Notes: generated by a model from the sequence alone, not told the origin. 64,000 bases of DNA from Vicugna vicugna (GCA_013265495.1 MU058482.1:1-64000), one strand, 5' to 3'. Positions 38,251-51,704 are shown, counted from the stretch's first letter. Numbers and translations: made by a program.

Positions 38251-39774
38251 TGGCACAAAAACAGACACGTAGATCAATGGAACAAGATAGAAAGCCCAGA
38301 CGTAAATCCACATACAATTAATCTACAACAAAGGAGGCAAGAATATACAATGAAGAAAGGACAGTCTCTTCAATAAGTGGTGCTGGGAAAACTGGACAGT
38401 TAAATGCAAACAAATGAAATTAGAACATTCACTAATGCCATATACAAAAATAAACTCAAAATGGATTAAAGTCCTAAATGTAAGACTGGATACTATAAAA
38501 CTCCTAGAGGAAAACACAGGCAGAACATGCTTTGACATAAATCACAGCAATATGTTTTTTAGTCTATCTCCTAGAATAATGGAAACAAGAGCAAAATTTT
38601 TAAAAATGGGACCTAATTAAACTTAAAAGCTTTTCCACAGCAGAGGAAGCCATAAACAAAATGAAAAGACAACCTACGGAATGGGAGAAGATATTTGCAA
38701 ACGATACAACCAACAAGGAATTAATTTCCAAAATATACAAACAACTCATTCGGCTCAATATCAAAAAAAAAAATCAAAAAGCGGACAGAGACCTAAACAG
38801 ATGTTTCTCCAAAGAAGACATACAGATGGCCAACAGACACGTGAAAAGATGTTCAATATCACTAATTATCAGGAAAATACAAATCAAAACTGCATTGAGG
38901 TATTACCTCACACCAGGCAGAATGGCCATCATTAAAAAAGTCCACAAACAATAAATGTTGGAGAGGCTGTGGAGAAAAAGGAACACTCCTACACTGCTGG
39001 TGGGAATGCAAGTTGGTGCAGCCACCATGGAGGACAGTATGGAGATTCCTTTAAAAACCTAAAAACAGAGTTACCATATAATCCAGCAATCCCACTCCTG
39101 GGTATATATCTGGAGAAAATTCTAATTCAAAGAGTTATATGCTCCACAATTTACATAGGAGCGCAATTTACAATAGCCACGTTGTGAAAACAACTTAAAT
39201 GTCCATAGACAGATGATTGGATAAAGAAGTTGTAGTGTGTGTGTGTGTGTGTATCACATATACACATAAACATATATATATATACACACATACACATACA
39301 AAATATATTATAAATGTATACAATGGAATGTTACTCAGTCATAAAATAAGGAAATAATAGCATTTGCAGCAACATAGATGGATCTAGAGATTATCATACT
39401 AATTGGACTAAGTCAGACAGAGAAAGACGAATATCATACCATATCACTTATATGTTTAATATAAAAATATGATATAAATGAATTTATTTACAAAACAGAA
39501 TGGACTCATGACATAGAAAACAAACTTACGGTTACCAAAGGGAAAAGGGGAGGGTAAATAAAATTGATGTTTGGGATTAACAGATACACACTGCTATATA
39601 TACAATATACAAAAATAAGGACCTACTGTAGAGCACAGGAAACAATATTCAATGTCTTGTAATAAACTATAATGGAAAAGAATCTGAAAAAAGAATATGT
39701 ATGTATAACTGAATCTCTTTGCTGTATACCATGCTTAAATTAACACATTATAAATCAGCTAAAATTCAATTTTT
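38251..39774 (+). mobile_element. 5'-truncated L1 (disrupted ORF2 C-terminus plus 3'UTR) with TSD
   Basis: ORF pieces such as [14 protein letters not shown] and [20 protein letters not shown] aaaaattatac(t/g)ttta at 38235-38250 and 39775-39790. Confidence 0.92.
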
Positions 39775-40615
39775 AAAAATTATACGTTTAGTAACTTCAT
39801 TTCAATTAATATAATTGAAAGCAATGTCAGTTGCTGTTGGCAAATGCAAGTTCGAAAACACAATTTTTGATAATTTTTAATTTTGACAAGAATATTTCTG
39901 TTGATGCAACTGATACTAGAGCTCTCATGAGTATTTTATATGCTGCGACAACATGAGTAAAATATATGATAAATTAGTTTGAAATACAAATTCTAGTAAA
40001 TCTACAGTTGATGTCTAGTGGAACAATTTTTCTAGGAATGATTTACTCTTCATACTAGTTGCTTGTAAGTCTGAATTTAATTTTAAATGTAAATTTATGC
40101 AGCAGCATTTTAATGTTTTCTCTACAGACATTTTCTGTAACTTCTGGAGGGTGTATAAGACTAAAAGTGGCTTCGTGGTTTGTTCATTAATCAGAACGCT
40201 TGCTTATGCATCCTATCACTATGTCTTTAATTACAGGGAAAATTAATTGTAATTATCATCAGTGTTAATAGTTATTTCATCGAATTAATTCAAACATGAA
40301 AATAGTATTCTTTTTCATTGAAGCTATTATCTCTACATTGAACTTCTATTTCTAAGCCTACGAATATTTGCTTTCCAATGTCGCAGGAATTTTCAAAACC
40401 AGAATTTTTCAACTTTTTGAGAATTCTAATATCTCTCTGATATGCTTTTTGCAATGTTCACATATACAGTTTTATTTTGTAATAATTCATCAGCAAAGTT
40501 CACTGCTACCTTCTCTGGGGCCCTGCAGAGCCACGGATTGCCCTAAGTTTGCTGTACAAAGGCTACTGTGGGGGCACATGCTCACCCACGAAGGGGTGGT
40601 GTGCAGCCCAGCTGC

Positions 40616-40654
40616 AGTTTGGGTGCAGGCTGCAGACCACCTAGCAGCACTGTG
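40616..40654 (-). other. 23-RSS of TRAV43-like gene
   Basis: CACAGTG, 23-bp spacer, ACCCAAACT. Confidence 0.93.
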
Positions 40655-41166
40655 CCTCCGCTGCACAGAGGTAGGCGGCTGAGTCTTCCAGCTGGGAGGC
40701 TGTGATGTGAAGGGTACTATACCGTTCCTTTGAATTCAGTGTGGCGTTCAGCCTTCCGTTCTGCTTCATCCCAGAAGCTATATAAAACAGACTGATGAGG
40801 CCGCCCCCAGGATTCTGTCGGAACCACTGCACATAATTTACTGGGTTAGAAAAATTGCACCGCAGAGTAGAGCTCGTTCCCTCCTGGATGCTCAGAGCTG
40901 AAGGACTCTGCTCCACATTCATCCCTCTCACCCCTGCTTTGAAAGAGAAAAACAAATACATACAATGTCACAGAGTCATTGATGCAGGCTCCAGATCCAG
41001 AAAACACCCCAGGAAACACCCATGAGGATGTAGCTCAGAGTCAGCTCTCCTCCCTGCTCCCCTTGTCAGCCGTAGAACATTCCCCAGTTCCCCTGCGGGG
41101 TGACCCTGACTCACAGCAAACCTGGACCCACAGAAGCCCCAGCAGGGATCCCCAGTGTCTCTTCAT
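40655..41166 (-). CDS. TRAV43: TRAV segment of the mouse-Trav4 / bovine-TRAVX type (IMGT TRAV43-like; TRAV22-related), apparently functional; leader 41166-41115, V exon 40933-40655
   Basis: Leader MKRHWGSLLGLLWVQVC|W. V exon [92 protein letters not shown]. The NSKERYSTLHI motif fits Trav4/TRAVX better than human TRAV22. The V-gene call is firm; the subgroup name is less so. Confidence 0.85.
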
Positions 41167-41609
41167 GGCTTCCTGCCCAGTTCCTGGGTGCCTTTGCCCC
41201 TACTCTGGAGGGGGTAGAGTCTTGGGTCCAGAGAATTTTTGTTCTTACAGGCAGTGTGTTCTACCAAAATCCCCGAGCACCAATCTCATCTTAGCTCTGC
41301 CATTCACTTAACAGGAAGCCCCACCCACAGCAGCTCAGTGAGAATGGCAGCAACCTCTCCAGAAGTGCAGTTCCACAGTGCAGAAGGTATATGAACATAC
41401 AAGGTATATATGAAGATATAAAGCATTTTTTAAAACACTTTATGTAAGAGAAGTTTGTGGGAGCAAGTGTGAGAAAGAGTGGATGATACTTCTAATAAGG
41501 ATCAGTGCCTCAACTGTTTAAGTAGAGCCTTGAATAATCATAAGAAGAGTGACCCCATTTCCCAAATTGCATAGAGTGATAGAGCATTTAAGAATTCAGT
41601 TTCCTGACT

Positions 41610-42095
41610 ACTCAGCCTTAAAAAAGAATAAAATACTGCCATTTGCAACAGCATGAATGAGGGCTTTATGCTAAGTGAAATAAGTCTGACAGAAAAAGAC
41701 AAATGTCAATATAACCTCACTTATATGTGGAATTAAAAAAAATTAAACTCACAGATACAGAGAACAAATTAATGGCTCGCTAGAAGCAGGGATGTGGGAT
41801 GGAGACAAAATAGGTGAAGGGGTCAAAACATATGAACTTCCAGATATAAAATAAATGTCATGGGGCTATAATGTACAGAGTGATGACTATAGTTAATAAT
41901 GCTACATTGTATAATTGAAAGTTGCTAAGAGGGTAGATCTTAAAAGTCTTCATTATAAAATAAAATTTTGCAGCCATATATGATGACAGATGTTAACTAG
42001 ACTTATTGTGGTGATCATTTCATAATATATGAATATCTAATCATTGTGTCATACACCTGAGAGTAATACAATGCTATATTTCATTTTAAAAAATT
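41610..42095 (+). mobile_element. L1MA-type 3' end
   Basis: atgctaagtgaaataagtc...gttgctaagagggtagatcttaaaagt; absent from the paralog near position 70. Confidence 0.8.
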
Positions 42096-42859
42096 AGTTA
42101 TATGAAAATCCTGATAAGAGGAAAACTATCTGATTCATGCATTATGTAATAAAGAAGTAAATACATTTTCTTGAATTTAGGAGAGTTGGAGAAACTCAGT
42201 ATATATGGCCACCATCTACACAGAGAATGATTCCAGTAAGAGTTTAGTGGGTTAAAAGAAAGCAGGATATATGTATAATAATGTGCATTCTGACTTAATT
42301 TCCACCCCTCCCCTCCTCCTGTCCAACTGGTGGGCACCCTGCTGACCCACACAGCGGATTTGATCAGACCACTTATTACTGGTCGAATTAAATATTGTCC
42401 CTGCTCTTTCCTCCTTCTATTTGTGTTTCTTACTTTTTCATCTCTTCTTTGCTCCCAAGTATTCTTGTTCCTTCAAGTCTCTGGGGGGATATATGAAACA
42501 TTTCTAGGTCCATGGATTTGGGGATTTTAGTCATAAAAATTTTTAAATTGAAAACAGGGAATGGAGAGGGTTTTTTGTTGTGCTTCCGTGCTCACAATGC
42601 TCTGTAATATCCCTGTTCCTCTACCTCTGCCCAGAGAATCATCCTCACAGTGATTTACGGAGGTATGGGCTGCAGATTTCTGAAATTTGTGTGGAATGGC
42701 AGAGCTGAAACCCGAGATGAACTTTACACAAACGCTGTTTCCCTCTCCCCACCTTTGCTATCTGTAATCTGACTGCTTCCTGGCTCTCTGGTCTCCTCTC
42801 TTTACTGTTCAACCTTCGGGGACCATCAGAAAAAGTCTTTACTTCTTGTAAAGCCTACA

Positions 42860-42873
42860 GTGCCCCCTGGTGG
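42860..42873 (-). promoter_or_regulatory. CTCF motif about 1.7 kb upstream of TRAV43-like gene
   Basis: CCACCAGGGGGCAC. Confidence 0.75.
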
Positions 42874-43193
42874 AGGGAAACCATCAACAACGTCCACTTC
42901 AGACCAATTTACTCACCAGTCACTTGTCCCCAGCCCCTATCACTCCATGCTTCCTGATGAAGGAAATGAAGATGGTCAGAAAATTAAGTAAACTGCCCAG
43001 TTTAAACGGGGATTTAAAGTGAACCAAGTCCTCCTTTTAAAATGGAATTAGCGTCATAAAATAACTGGTCAATTCTCATCTTCTGCAATTTCTTTTACTT
43101 AGTTCAAAATAAATACATAAATACGTACTGAGGTTTTATTATAAATGAGGTAATTTATTAGATCTCAAGAAAATGCAAAAGGGATGAGACAGT

Positions 43194-43466
43194 CATAGAC
43201 AGAGAATACAGACTTGTGGTTGCCAGCGGGGCGGAGGGTGGGAAGGGATAGACTAGGATTTCAAAATTGTAGAATAGATAAACAAGATTATACTGTATAG
43301 CACAGGGAAATATACACAAGATCTTATGGTAGCTCACAGAGAAAAAAATATGACAATGAGTGTATATGTCCATGTATGACTGAAAAATTGTGCTGAACAT
43401 TGGAATTTGACACAACATTGTAAAATGATTATAAATCAATAAAAAAATGTTAAAAAAAAAAGGGGG
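43194..43466 (+). mobile_element. Short young (camelid-type) L1 3'UTR insertion with perfect TSD
   Basis: Poly-A end; 13-bp TSD gggatgagacagt at 43181-43193 and 43467-43479. Confidence 0.9.
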
Positions 43467-43946
43467 GGGATGAGACAGTGGTTTATATAGTCCCCTGAGG
43501 AAGACAAAAGTATAGATAACCATAACAGAGTCAAAGAATAGTATGCTAAGAGGAGTGTAAACTAAATGCTATATGACCCCAGGGGAGTGAGAAATAGTTT
43601 TACTTGGTATGGTTGAACAAAATCTTACAAAGAAAGAGGTTGTTTTCTCTTGTCCCCTTTTTTGGTGAGAGGAATAGAGTAGAATATGGATAAACCTTTT
43701 TTATCCATGATAGCTTTTGTGACTTTTATTAACTTTAACATTAAGAGGAATATGAGTAACAGTTTTAAGGGACTATTTATAAAAGTACATTTCAAGTTCC
43801 TCTAAAAATACATTAAGATAAGTTGGGAAACCTCACCCTCAAAATTATACATAATCATTCTGTACACCAGAAATTAGGAAGAAGTGTAATCAAGGAAGGC
43901 CTCAACTGTCTTGTTTATGAACTCCACATTTGTTCGCTTACAGGAT

Positions 43947-44251
43947 TATTGTTGGCTGAATCGTGCCCTTCCCCAACTCGTATGTTGAAGGCCTAGACAC
44001 AGTGCTTAGAATGTGACTGTATCTGGACAGAGGGCCTTTAAAGAAGTCTTAAGGTAAAATGAGGTCACTTGGGTGGGTCCTAGTCCATGTAACTGGTCTT
44101 CTACAAGCCAAAGAGAGAGCCTGCAAAGAAACTAACCAGCCAACACTTTAATCTTGGATTTGTAGTATCCAGAACTGTGCGAAAATAGTTTTTGCTTTTA
44201 AGCCACCCAGTCTAAGGTATTTTGTTATGACAGCCTTAGAAAACTAACACA
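43947..44251 (+). mobile_element. MaLR LTR (MLT1A/B-like)
   Basis: ggctgaatcgtgccc...gaatgtgactgtat...aagccacccagtct...aaactaacaca; absent from the paralog near 3480. Confidence 0.8.
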
Positions 44252-44377
44252 AGAGTCAATTTTAGTATCCTATTATATGAAATGTCACAAAAAAGCAACT
44301 TTAAGTCATAACTACATGTATATATACATATATATATATATCTTAAACATTATAGCAATCTACCTTTTAGGCCAATG

Positions 44378-44829
44378 TTTATTTATTTATTTATTTTTAA
44401 CATGTTTTATTGATTTATAATCATTTTACAATGTTATGTCAAATTCCAGTGTAGAACACAATTTTTCAGTTATAGGTGAACATATATATATTCATTGTCA
44501 CATTTTTTTCTTTGTGAGCTACCATAAGATCTTGTATATATTTCCCTGTGCTATACAGTATAATCTTGTTTATCTATTCTACATTTTGAAATACCAGTCT
44601 ATCCCTTCCCTCCCCCATCCCCTTGGCAACCACAAGTTTGTATTCTATGTCTATGAGTCTGTTTCTGTTTTGTATTTATGTTTTGTTATGTTTTGTTTTG
44701 TTTTTAGATTCCACATATGAGCGATCTCATATGGTATTTTTCTTTCTCTTTCTGGCTTACTTCACTTAGAATGACATTCTCCAGGAGCATCCATGTTGCT
44801 GCAAATGGCGTTGTGTTGTCGGTTTTTAT
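44378..44829 (-). mobile_element. Young camelid-type L1 3' fragment
   Basis: Same 3'UTR family as 43194-43466 and 60436-61407. Confidence 0.88.
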
Positions 44830-45356
44830 CTTTTATTCCAATGTCTTAGTGTATTTGTTTCCTAAATAAAAGTGTCTTTGTCTTAGATGTCCCCAAAGGA
44901 ATTGTGTGTGGAAGTCTAATTATCCTGACAACTTTTTTAATGTGCTAAAAAGATTGGAAAATTGTACTGAATGTGCTGTGCATCTGATATTAAATAGTAA
45001 AATAGTGGAATTTTCTTCTTAAGTTACCAAATAAGCTTTCCTATATTTTATTATTCTTTTATAGCAAAGTGCCTCTAAATCTTAAATTTAAAAAGCTTCT
45101 GGAATAACTAATTAGAAAACATTACAATGACATGGCTTATAGATCTTCATAACTTGCCCCAACAATTATCTATAAATTGCTTACAATTACTGTATATCAC
45201 TTACCATGTAAGAACAAATATATCAAAGTTTTAGGATGTGTAATTACATTAAAACTTTTTCAACCCAGAGAATAGGATATTATGTATGTGTGTCATTTAA
45301 ATTAAGCTTCAACTCCAAGGAGAGGCAATGGTCCTCATCAAGAAATCAAACTCCAG

Positions 45357-45480
45357 GGGGAGGGTATAGCTCAAGTGGTAGAGTGCATGCTTAGCATGCA
45401 CGAGGTCTTGGGTTCGATCTCCAGTATCTCCTCCAAACAGAAATAAATAAACATGATTACCTCCCCCTCATAAAACAAAA
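45357..45480 (+). mobile_element. tRNA-Ala-derived SINE (Vic-1-type, camelid)
   Basis: ggggagggtatagctcaagtggtagagtgcatgcttagcatgcacgaggtcttgggttcgatc has A/B boxes and an AGC anticodon loop, followed by an A-rich tail; 17-bp TSD with 2 mismatches at 45340-45356 and 45481-45497. Confidence 0.88.
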
Positions 45481-45499
45481 AAGAAAGCAAATTCCAGAC

Positions 45500-47060
45500 C
45501 TTTTGAAGAAAACGCAGCTGGAGCTCACTGGATGGCAGAGAAGTCACTGTAGTGCTGTTAGAGTGGAACTTGCTAGAAATCCACCCTCTAGCACCCTCTC
45601 CAGTGCTGGAAAAAGATGTTCACAGGGAGCCATCTCACTGAAGGCACTCTTCTACAAAACCACCTAAAATGATCCTGGGGGAAGACGCCACCCTCTGGAT
45701 GCTGCTTGTCACTGCACTGCAGGAACCGTTACAGGGGCACTGCATGGGCTGGTCTCCCGAGAAGCCTCCCGTGCTGCAGGGTCCTGCCAAGAGGGCACAC
45801 AGAGACCCAGAAGCAAAGCCCTTTCCTCCTGTACTCTTCACTGACAAAGTTCAACATTGTGCCAACTGACAAAGGGAAATAGTTGAAGGACCCGTATCTA
45901 TTTTCATAGAACAAGCAAAAGGTGAATTTTGAGCTGAGTCAGTAAATCGATCCACCCCTTTGGATGCTCAGCTTCTATATGCAACCTCTACACACATTTG
46001 AAACACCTATAGAAAAAAAGAAAGAAAGAAACATGTATAGAAACAAAATAGCTTTATATTTCTACCTTCTTCAAGATGCAGCTATCTTTCCTATAAGAGA
46101 AGAATGTCTCACACTTTCCTCAAAATGAGGAGATTCCCAGTTGCAATAGTACATCACCCATTACATTAATAACTTTTCAAATTCAGTCTCTCTGAAAATC
46201 CTGTTACCTGCAGACTAAATTGTTAAGTTAATTTCCAATAACTTGCATAGAAAATAAAAATGAGGAGAGAAGAAAATGTTTAATATATATATATCAAGCA
46301 AACAGAAAATATATAAAAGTACTACTTTTATTGGTAAAATTGGTCACAAGGCTGTAATTTATAGCTATGGTTTCCTTCATTCTTACTCCGTATTTCTCTT
46401 GCCTTCAGCCAAAACCTTGCCTGGTCTGTGTTCTTTGCCTGGTTGAGTAACCCAAACCTTTATACCAGAAAGATCTGAGTTTTCAATTGTTCTGTTTTAG
46501 TTTTGGTTGCTGAAGTTTCCCACTAAGCTTTACCACTGAACATGAAATTACTAAGAGGCGTCCTTTGCTTCCATTGTGTAAAAGTAACTCAGTATCGTCT
46601 CGTTAATCAGCATCAATCACTCCGGCCAACAGATTTTTCCTTTCATGTTGGTTCAATGTTTACAGAGGCCAAAATGTCCAGGAGTTAATCTCATTGTCCA
46701 TGGACTGGAGCCTTTTTTTTTTTTTTTACCTCTGGTGAAAGAATTCTTCACTTGGGGACTAAGATCTCCAGATCAACACAGCATAAAGTTGCCAGGATGG
46801 GAATGGGTAATTATGTGAAATAGGGACAGGGGCCACTCCCACATCTGCCTTTTGATTCCGGGACCCATGTGTTCTGGATATGTGGGAGACTGACATATAA
46901 TGGTCTCTGATTCAAAGCACATGCTGAATCCTGTTAAACCCAGCCCTATCCTGTCAGAGTGTTTTCTTCAAATGGCACCGCCTTCAGTAAGCTATTCCGT
47001 CTTTCAACCAGGGCTTTGACTGATGGAGTGTGTGGTAAGACAAGTTAATTACATGAAAAA
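45500..47060 (-). mobile_element. Probable ancient ERVL LTR plus internal fragment
   Basis: actgacaaagttcaacattgtgccaactgacaaagg and ttgattccgggacccatgtg resemble ERVL LTR/int sequence (from recall only). Confidence 0.45.
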
Positions 47061-48039
47061 TGAGAGCTATTAATTTCATGGATAAAATAGCTCAGGATTT
47101 CCACTTTATTCTTACTATAATTCTTTATGGTAGAAACTTTCTCAAAAAATCATATAATCATACAAATAATAATGAATGATTAATAAACAGAAAAAAGGAA
47201 GGAAGAGAGGGGCAGAGGAAGAGAGCGAGGGACCGCGGGAGGGAGGAAGACTACTATGATTTCTCAGGCAGAGTTAGGGTTGGGAGGTTGGGGGACAATC
47301 TCCCAGCTGCTTGGGGTCTTTAGTATAGAACTTATTTTTCCTTCAAACTCAGCTTGAGTTCAGAATCAAAAGACACTTCTCCTTATGCATAAAGTACCTC
47401 CCTCATGGCCCTTATGGGCAATGTGGTTGAACCAATGACAGTGAGTCATCTAGAAATAGAGGTAGAAGAGAGTGTTCCAAAAATAGAAAGGAAGGGAGGG
47501 AGAGGAGCATTAAATGAGCATACGTTTCTTATTCATAATTTTCTGTCTCCAACACCCCCCATTTACTTTCCTTATACCCATCCAGCAATTATTTAACCCA
47601 CTTATTACTTATAACCATGTCAGATTGTCCTAAAATTACTGTTATTTCTGATTCACCATTTATCTAGGATGTACCGCTGGTCAGTCTACTCATTCCCTTT
47701 ATATTTTGAGAGTTCCTGTGCACTTATTTTCTTATACATTATAGTATAAGCCAAATAGAAGCTAGAAACCTCCCCCACTCATCTCCTCTTTCTCCAGAGT
47801 ATTTGTTATGTCCCAAGTCTTCAAGAACACAAGGACTATAAAAACTCCTTATAACATTCTTTCCATCCTAGACAAAGAGTTTATACACAAATTTACACTA
47901 GGTCAGGTAACCCTCTGATGTAAATTTAAGATACCAGAGGAATAGGAAGCCACTTTTATAACTAAGAAAAAGTCTTTGGACAAACACTGATGAATTCTAA
48001 ATCTTTATTCTCCTTCTGTACTGTTCTTTTTTAAATGTT

Positions 48040-48620
48040 TAAATTTTTATTTTATTTTTAATTCTAACTGTGATGAAATGCACATAAGGTAAATCTTACC
48101 ATTTTAACCACTTTTAAGCATACAGTTTAATGGCTTTGGGTACATTCACATCATTGGGCAACCATCACCACCATCCATCCCCAGAACCTTTTCATCTTGC
48201 AAAACTGAAACTCTGTACCCATTATGCAACAACTCCCCATTCCTCCTCTCCCCAGCCCCTGGCTACCACCATCCTACTTTCTTTTTTATTGAAGTATAGT
48301 TGATTTACAATATTGTGTTAGTTTCAGGTGTACAGTAAAATTATATATATATATATATATATGTGATATATTCTTTTTTACCAAATCTTTTCCATTATAG
48401 GTTATTACAAGATGTTGAATATAGTTCCCAGTGAATCCTTGTTTATCTATTTTACGTATAGTAGCGTGTACCTGTTATTCCTATACTCCTAGTTTATCTT
48501 CCCCTGCCCCTTTGATAACCATGAGTTTGTTTTCTAAGTCTGTGACTCTGTTCCTGTTTTGTAAATAAGTTCATTTGTATTATTCTTTAGATTCCACATA
48601 TAAGTGATATCATAATATTT
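48040..48620 (-). mobile_element. Two L1 3' fragments
   Basis: accatcaccaccatccatccccagaac (L1MB-type) and ttattgaagtatagttgatttacaat. Confidence 0.8.
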
Positions 48621-48860
48621 GCAAGAACTACACGACCATATCAGTTTTCTAAGCCCTTCAAGATTTTACTCAATCTCTTACTGTTGACCAATAATTTTTC
48701 AGAATCTCTCCTAAATGAGGCACTCAGAGAAAATATTCTAACACATTATGACCAACACAATGAGACTCAGGGGAAAAAAAATTCAAGAGAATTGTCTGTG
48801 AATGATCAAGTAGACAAGAAGGCAAACTTGCAAAGAGAGAATATGAGGATTTTGTCTTCT

Positions 48861-49340
48861 TTTAAAAAAAATTTTATTGAAGTATAATTGATTTACAATG
48901 TTTTGTTGGTTTCTGGTGTACAGCATAGTGATTCAGTTATATATATTTTTTCATATTATTTTTCATTATATGTTAGTATAAGATATTAAAAATAGTTCCC
49001 TGTGCTATACACTATGACCTTGTTGTTTAACTGCTTTATATATAATAGTTTGTATCTGCTAATCCCAAGCTCCTAATTTATTCCACCGCACAGTTTACCC
49101 TTTGGTAAACATAGTTTGTTGTCTATGTCTGTGAGTCTGTTTCCATTTTGTAAATAAGTTCATTTGTATCATATTTTTTAGGTTCCATATATAAGTGATG
49201 TGATAGGGTATTTGTCTTTCACTGTCTGACTTACTTCACTTAGTATGATAATCTCTAGGTCCATCCATGTTGCTAGAAATGTTATTATTTCATTCTTTTT
49301 ATGGCTGACTAGTATTCCATTGTGTGTGTGTGTGTGTATG

Positions 49341-49371
<31 letters not shown>

Positions 49372-50216
49372 ATATGTGTGTGTGTGTGTCTTTATCCATT
49401 CGTCTGTTGATGTACAATTAGGTTGCTTGTAAATAGTGCTGCTATGAACATTGGGGTGCAAGTATCTTTTCGAATTAGAGTTTTATCTGTATATATGCCC
49501 AAGAATGGGATTGCTGGATCATAGAGTAAGGCTATTTTCAGTTTTTTAAGGCATCTCCATACTGTTTTCAGTAGTGACTGTACCAAATTACATTCCCACC
49601 AGCAGTGTAGGAGAGTTCCCTTTTCTCCACACCATCTTCAGCATTTATTGTTTGTGGACTTTTTAGTGATGGCCATTCTGACTGGTGTGAGGTGATACCT
49701 TATTGTAGTTTTGATGTGGATTTCCCTAATAATTAGCGATATTGAGCACCTTTTCATGTGCTTATTGGTCATCTGTATGTCTTCATTGGAGAAATGTCTA
49801 TTTAGGTCTTCTGCCCATTTTTTGATTGGATTGTTTCATTTTTTTCTTATTGAGTTGTGTGAGCTGTTTGTATATTCTGGAAATTAAGCCCTTGTCAGTC
49901 TCATCTTTTGCAAATATATTCTCCCATTCTGTAGGCTGTCTTTTCATTTTGTTTATGGTTTCCTTTGCTGTGCAAAAGATTATAAGTTTGGTTAGGTCCC
50001 ACTTATTTTCGCTTTTAGTTCTATTGCCTTGGTAGACTGGCCTAGGAAAACAATGCTATGATTTATGTCAGAGAATGTTTTTGCTATGTTCTCTTCCAGA
50101 AGACTTACGGTGTCCTGTCTTATGATTATGTATTCAAACCATTTTTAGTTTATTTTTGCATGATGTGAGGGAGTGTTCTAATTTCATTGATTTACATGTG
50201 ACTGTCCAGCTTTCTT
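48861..50216 (-). mobile_element. 5'-truncated L1, contains a TG/TATG microsatellite (49321-49390)
   Basis: ORF pieces YDPAIPFLGIY...[11 protein letters not shown] and TWMDLEIIILSEVSQ. Confidence 0.92.
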
Positions 50217-50559
50217 AAGGAGTTCATCTTTTGTTTTCTGTGTTGGTTGAGACATAAAATGATAAATGAAAACCCAAATAGTCAACCCCTTAAAGCAGTC
50301 AACCTGAAGGCAAGTCCTTAAGCATCTTATTATTATGTGATAAGGACATCATTTTAGAATTTTTTTTATTATTATGCGGTTTCTACAGAAATCAAAAAGT
50401 TTCTGAAATAAAAAGCATCAGACTTGGAATTGTAGACTTATATAAAAGTACCTGGGTCTGCTCAGCTCTCTTTGCCTCATTTGTCATCATAGAGCAAGAG
50501 ATCTTTTAAAATACAACAGGGAGAGACCTTGAGTCTTTAAGAACTCCACTGCCATGAGT

Positions 50560-50598
50560 GGTTTGTGTTCAGCTTCTCCTGCAGTACCAGACACTGTG
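50560..50598 (-). other. 23-RSS of TRAV8 (51 kb)
   Basis: CACAGTG, 23-bp spacer, ACACAAACC. Confidence 0.95.
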
Positions 50599-51048
50599 TC
50601 ACTCACAGCACAGAAGTACTCAGCTGAGTCACTCCAATGGACTGAGGATTTCCTAAGGTTGAAGGAAGATTCACTTCTCTTATATTCAGCCTCAAAGCCT
50701 TTAATGCCTTGAACCAAAGGATCGCCTGAAAAGTACTTGAGGAGAAGCTGGAGTCCGTGGCAGGGGTACTGGACGTACCAGAAGAGATACACGCTTGCAC
50801 CATAGGAATAGTTGCACCTCAGCTCCAGTGAGGCTTTTTCAGAGATCAAAACATGGTCATCAGGCTGGGTCACTGTCTGGGCTCGGGCATCTCCTGCAAA
50901 AGCAATATTATGTCAATGAAAACAATGTAGACATCACTATGAAAATTGAGTATTTGTAGTAAGAGTCTGTAGAACTGAAAACCACTACGAAATTTTACTC
51001 ACTCAGGGTAAATGTCATCCCCAGTACTGAGATGAGCAACAGGAGCAT
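50599..51048 (-). CDS. TRAV8: TRAV8 subgroup (TRAV8-1/8-3-like) V segment, open frame; leader 51048-51003, V exon 50893-50599
   Basis: Leader [17 protein letters not shown] exon [69 protein letters not shown]...[12 protein letters not shown]. Confidence 0.95.
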
Positions 51049-51297
51049 GGCTGAGCGGTGGAAAGGTTATGAGGTCTTTTCTGAAAGACCTCCTCTGAGC
51101 AGACAGGAAAGTGGCAGTAAATAAGTGTGGGGAACGTTGCGCTGGATAAGTTCCTTGTTAGATAAAATCACAAAAGCTGCTGAGATGAGCCTGGAGGTTT
51201 CTGATGTCTGTTTCTTCTCTGTGCGAAGAACTCAGTCAGCTGCAGGAGGAGGGACTGAGAGGATGAAGATCAGTAAGATCTTTAAGTTTGTGCAGCA

Positions 51298-51311
51298 TCG
51301 CCCTCTGGAGG
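51298..51311 (-). promoter_or_regulatory. CTCF motif upstream of TRAV8
   Basis: CCTCCAGAGGGCGA. Confidence 0.7.
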
Positions 51312-51704
51312 GAAGGTGCGGAACAAAAGGTCCCAAGGCTCCACGGAGAACTAATTAGGGTGTTCTTTTATTTTCTGAGATATATCCAAACTTCCATCTT
51401 CCGAATATGTTTTTACCTTCCCAAATCTATGACAATGTATTAGTCCTAGAGACCACAGAAATTAGACATCATAAAAAAGTAGAGTGACAAGTTACTTCAC
51501 TGAGAAATCAGTTTTTTAAAAATATCTCAGACTTGGAATTCAAGTCCATGAGAGTCTTTGGAGTCAGACTAATTGCCTCAGACTGAGTTCTGGATGGCCC
51601 AGTGCTGTCATGATAGTAATGGAGGATGGCAGAGATATTTTCCATGGCTGATATTCATGAACCCACATGGTGCTTGTGAAATCTTTTAGACATAAAGAGA
51701 AGGC

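Noticed and set aside
45357..45432. tRNA-Ala(AGC) gene
   Set aside because: It has a SINE body, A-rich tail and TSD, with imperfect stems; it is a tRNA-derived SINE.
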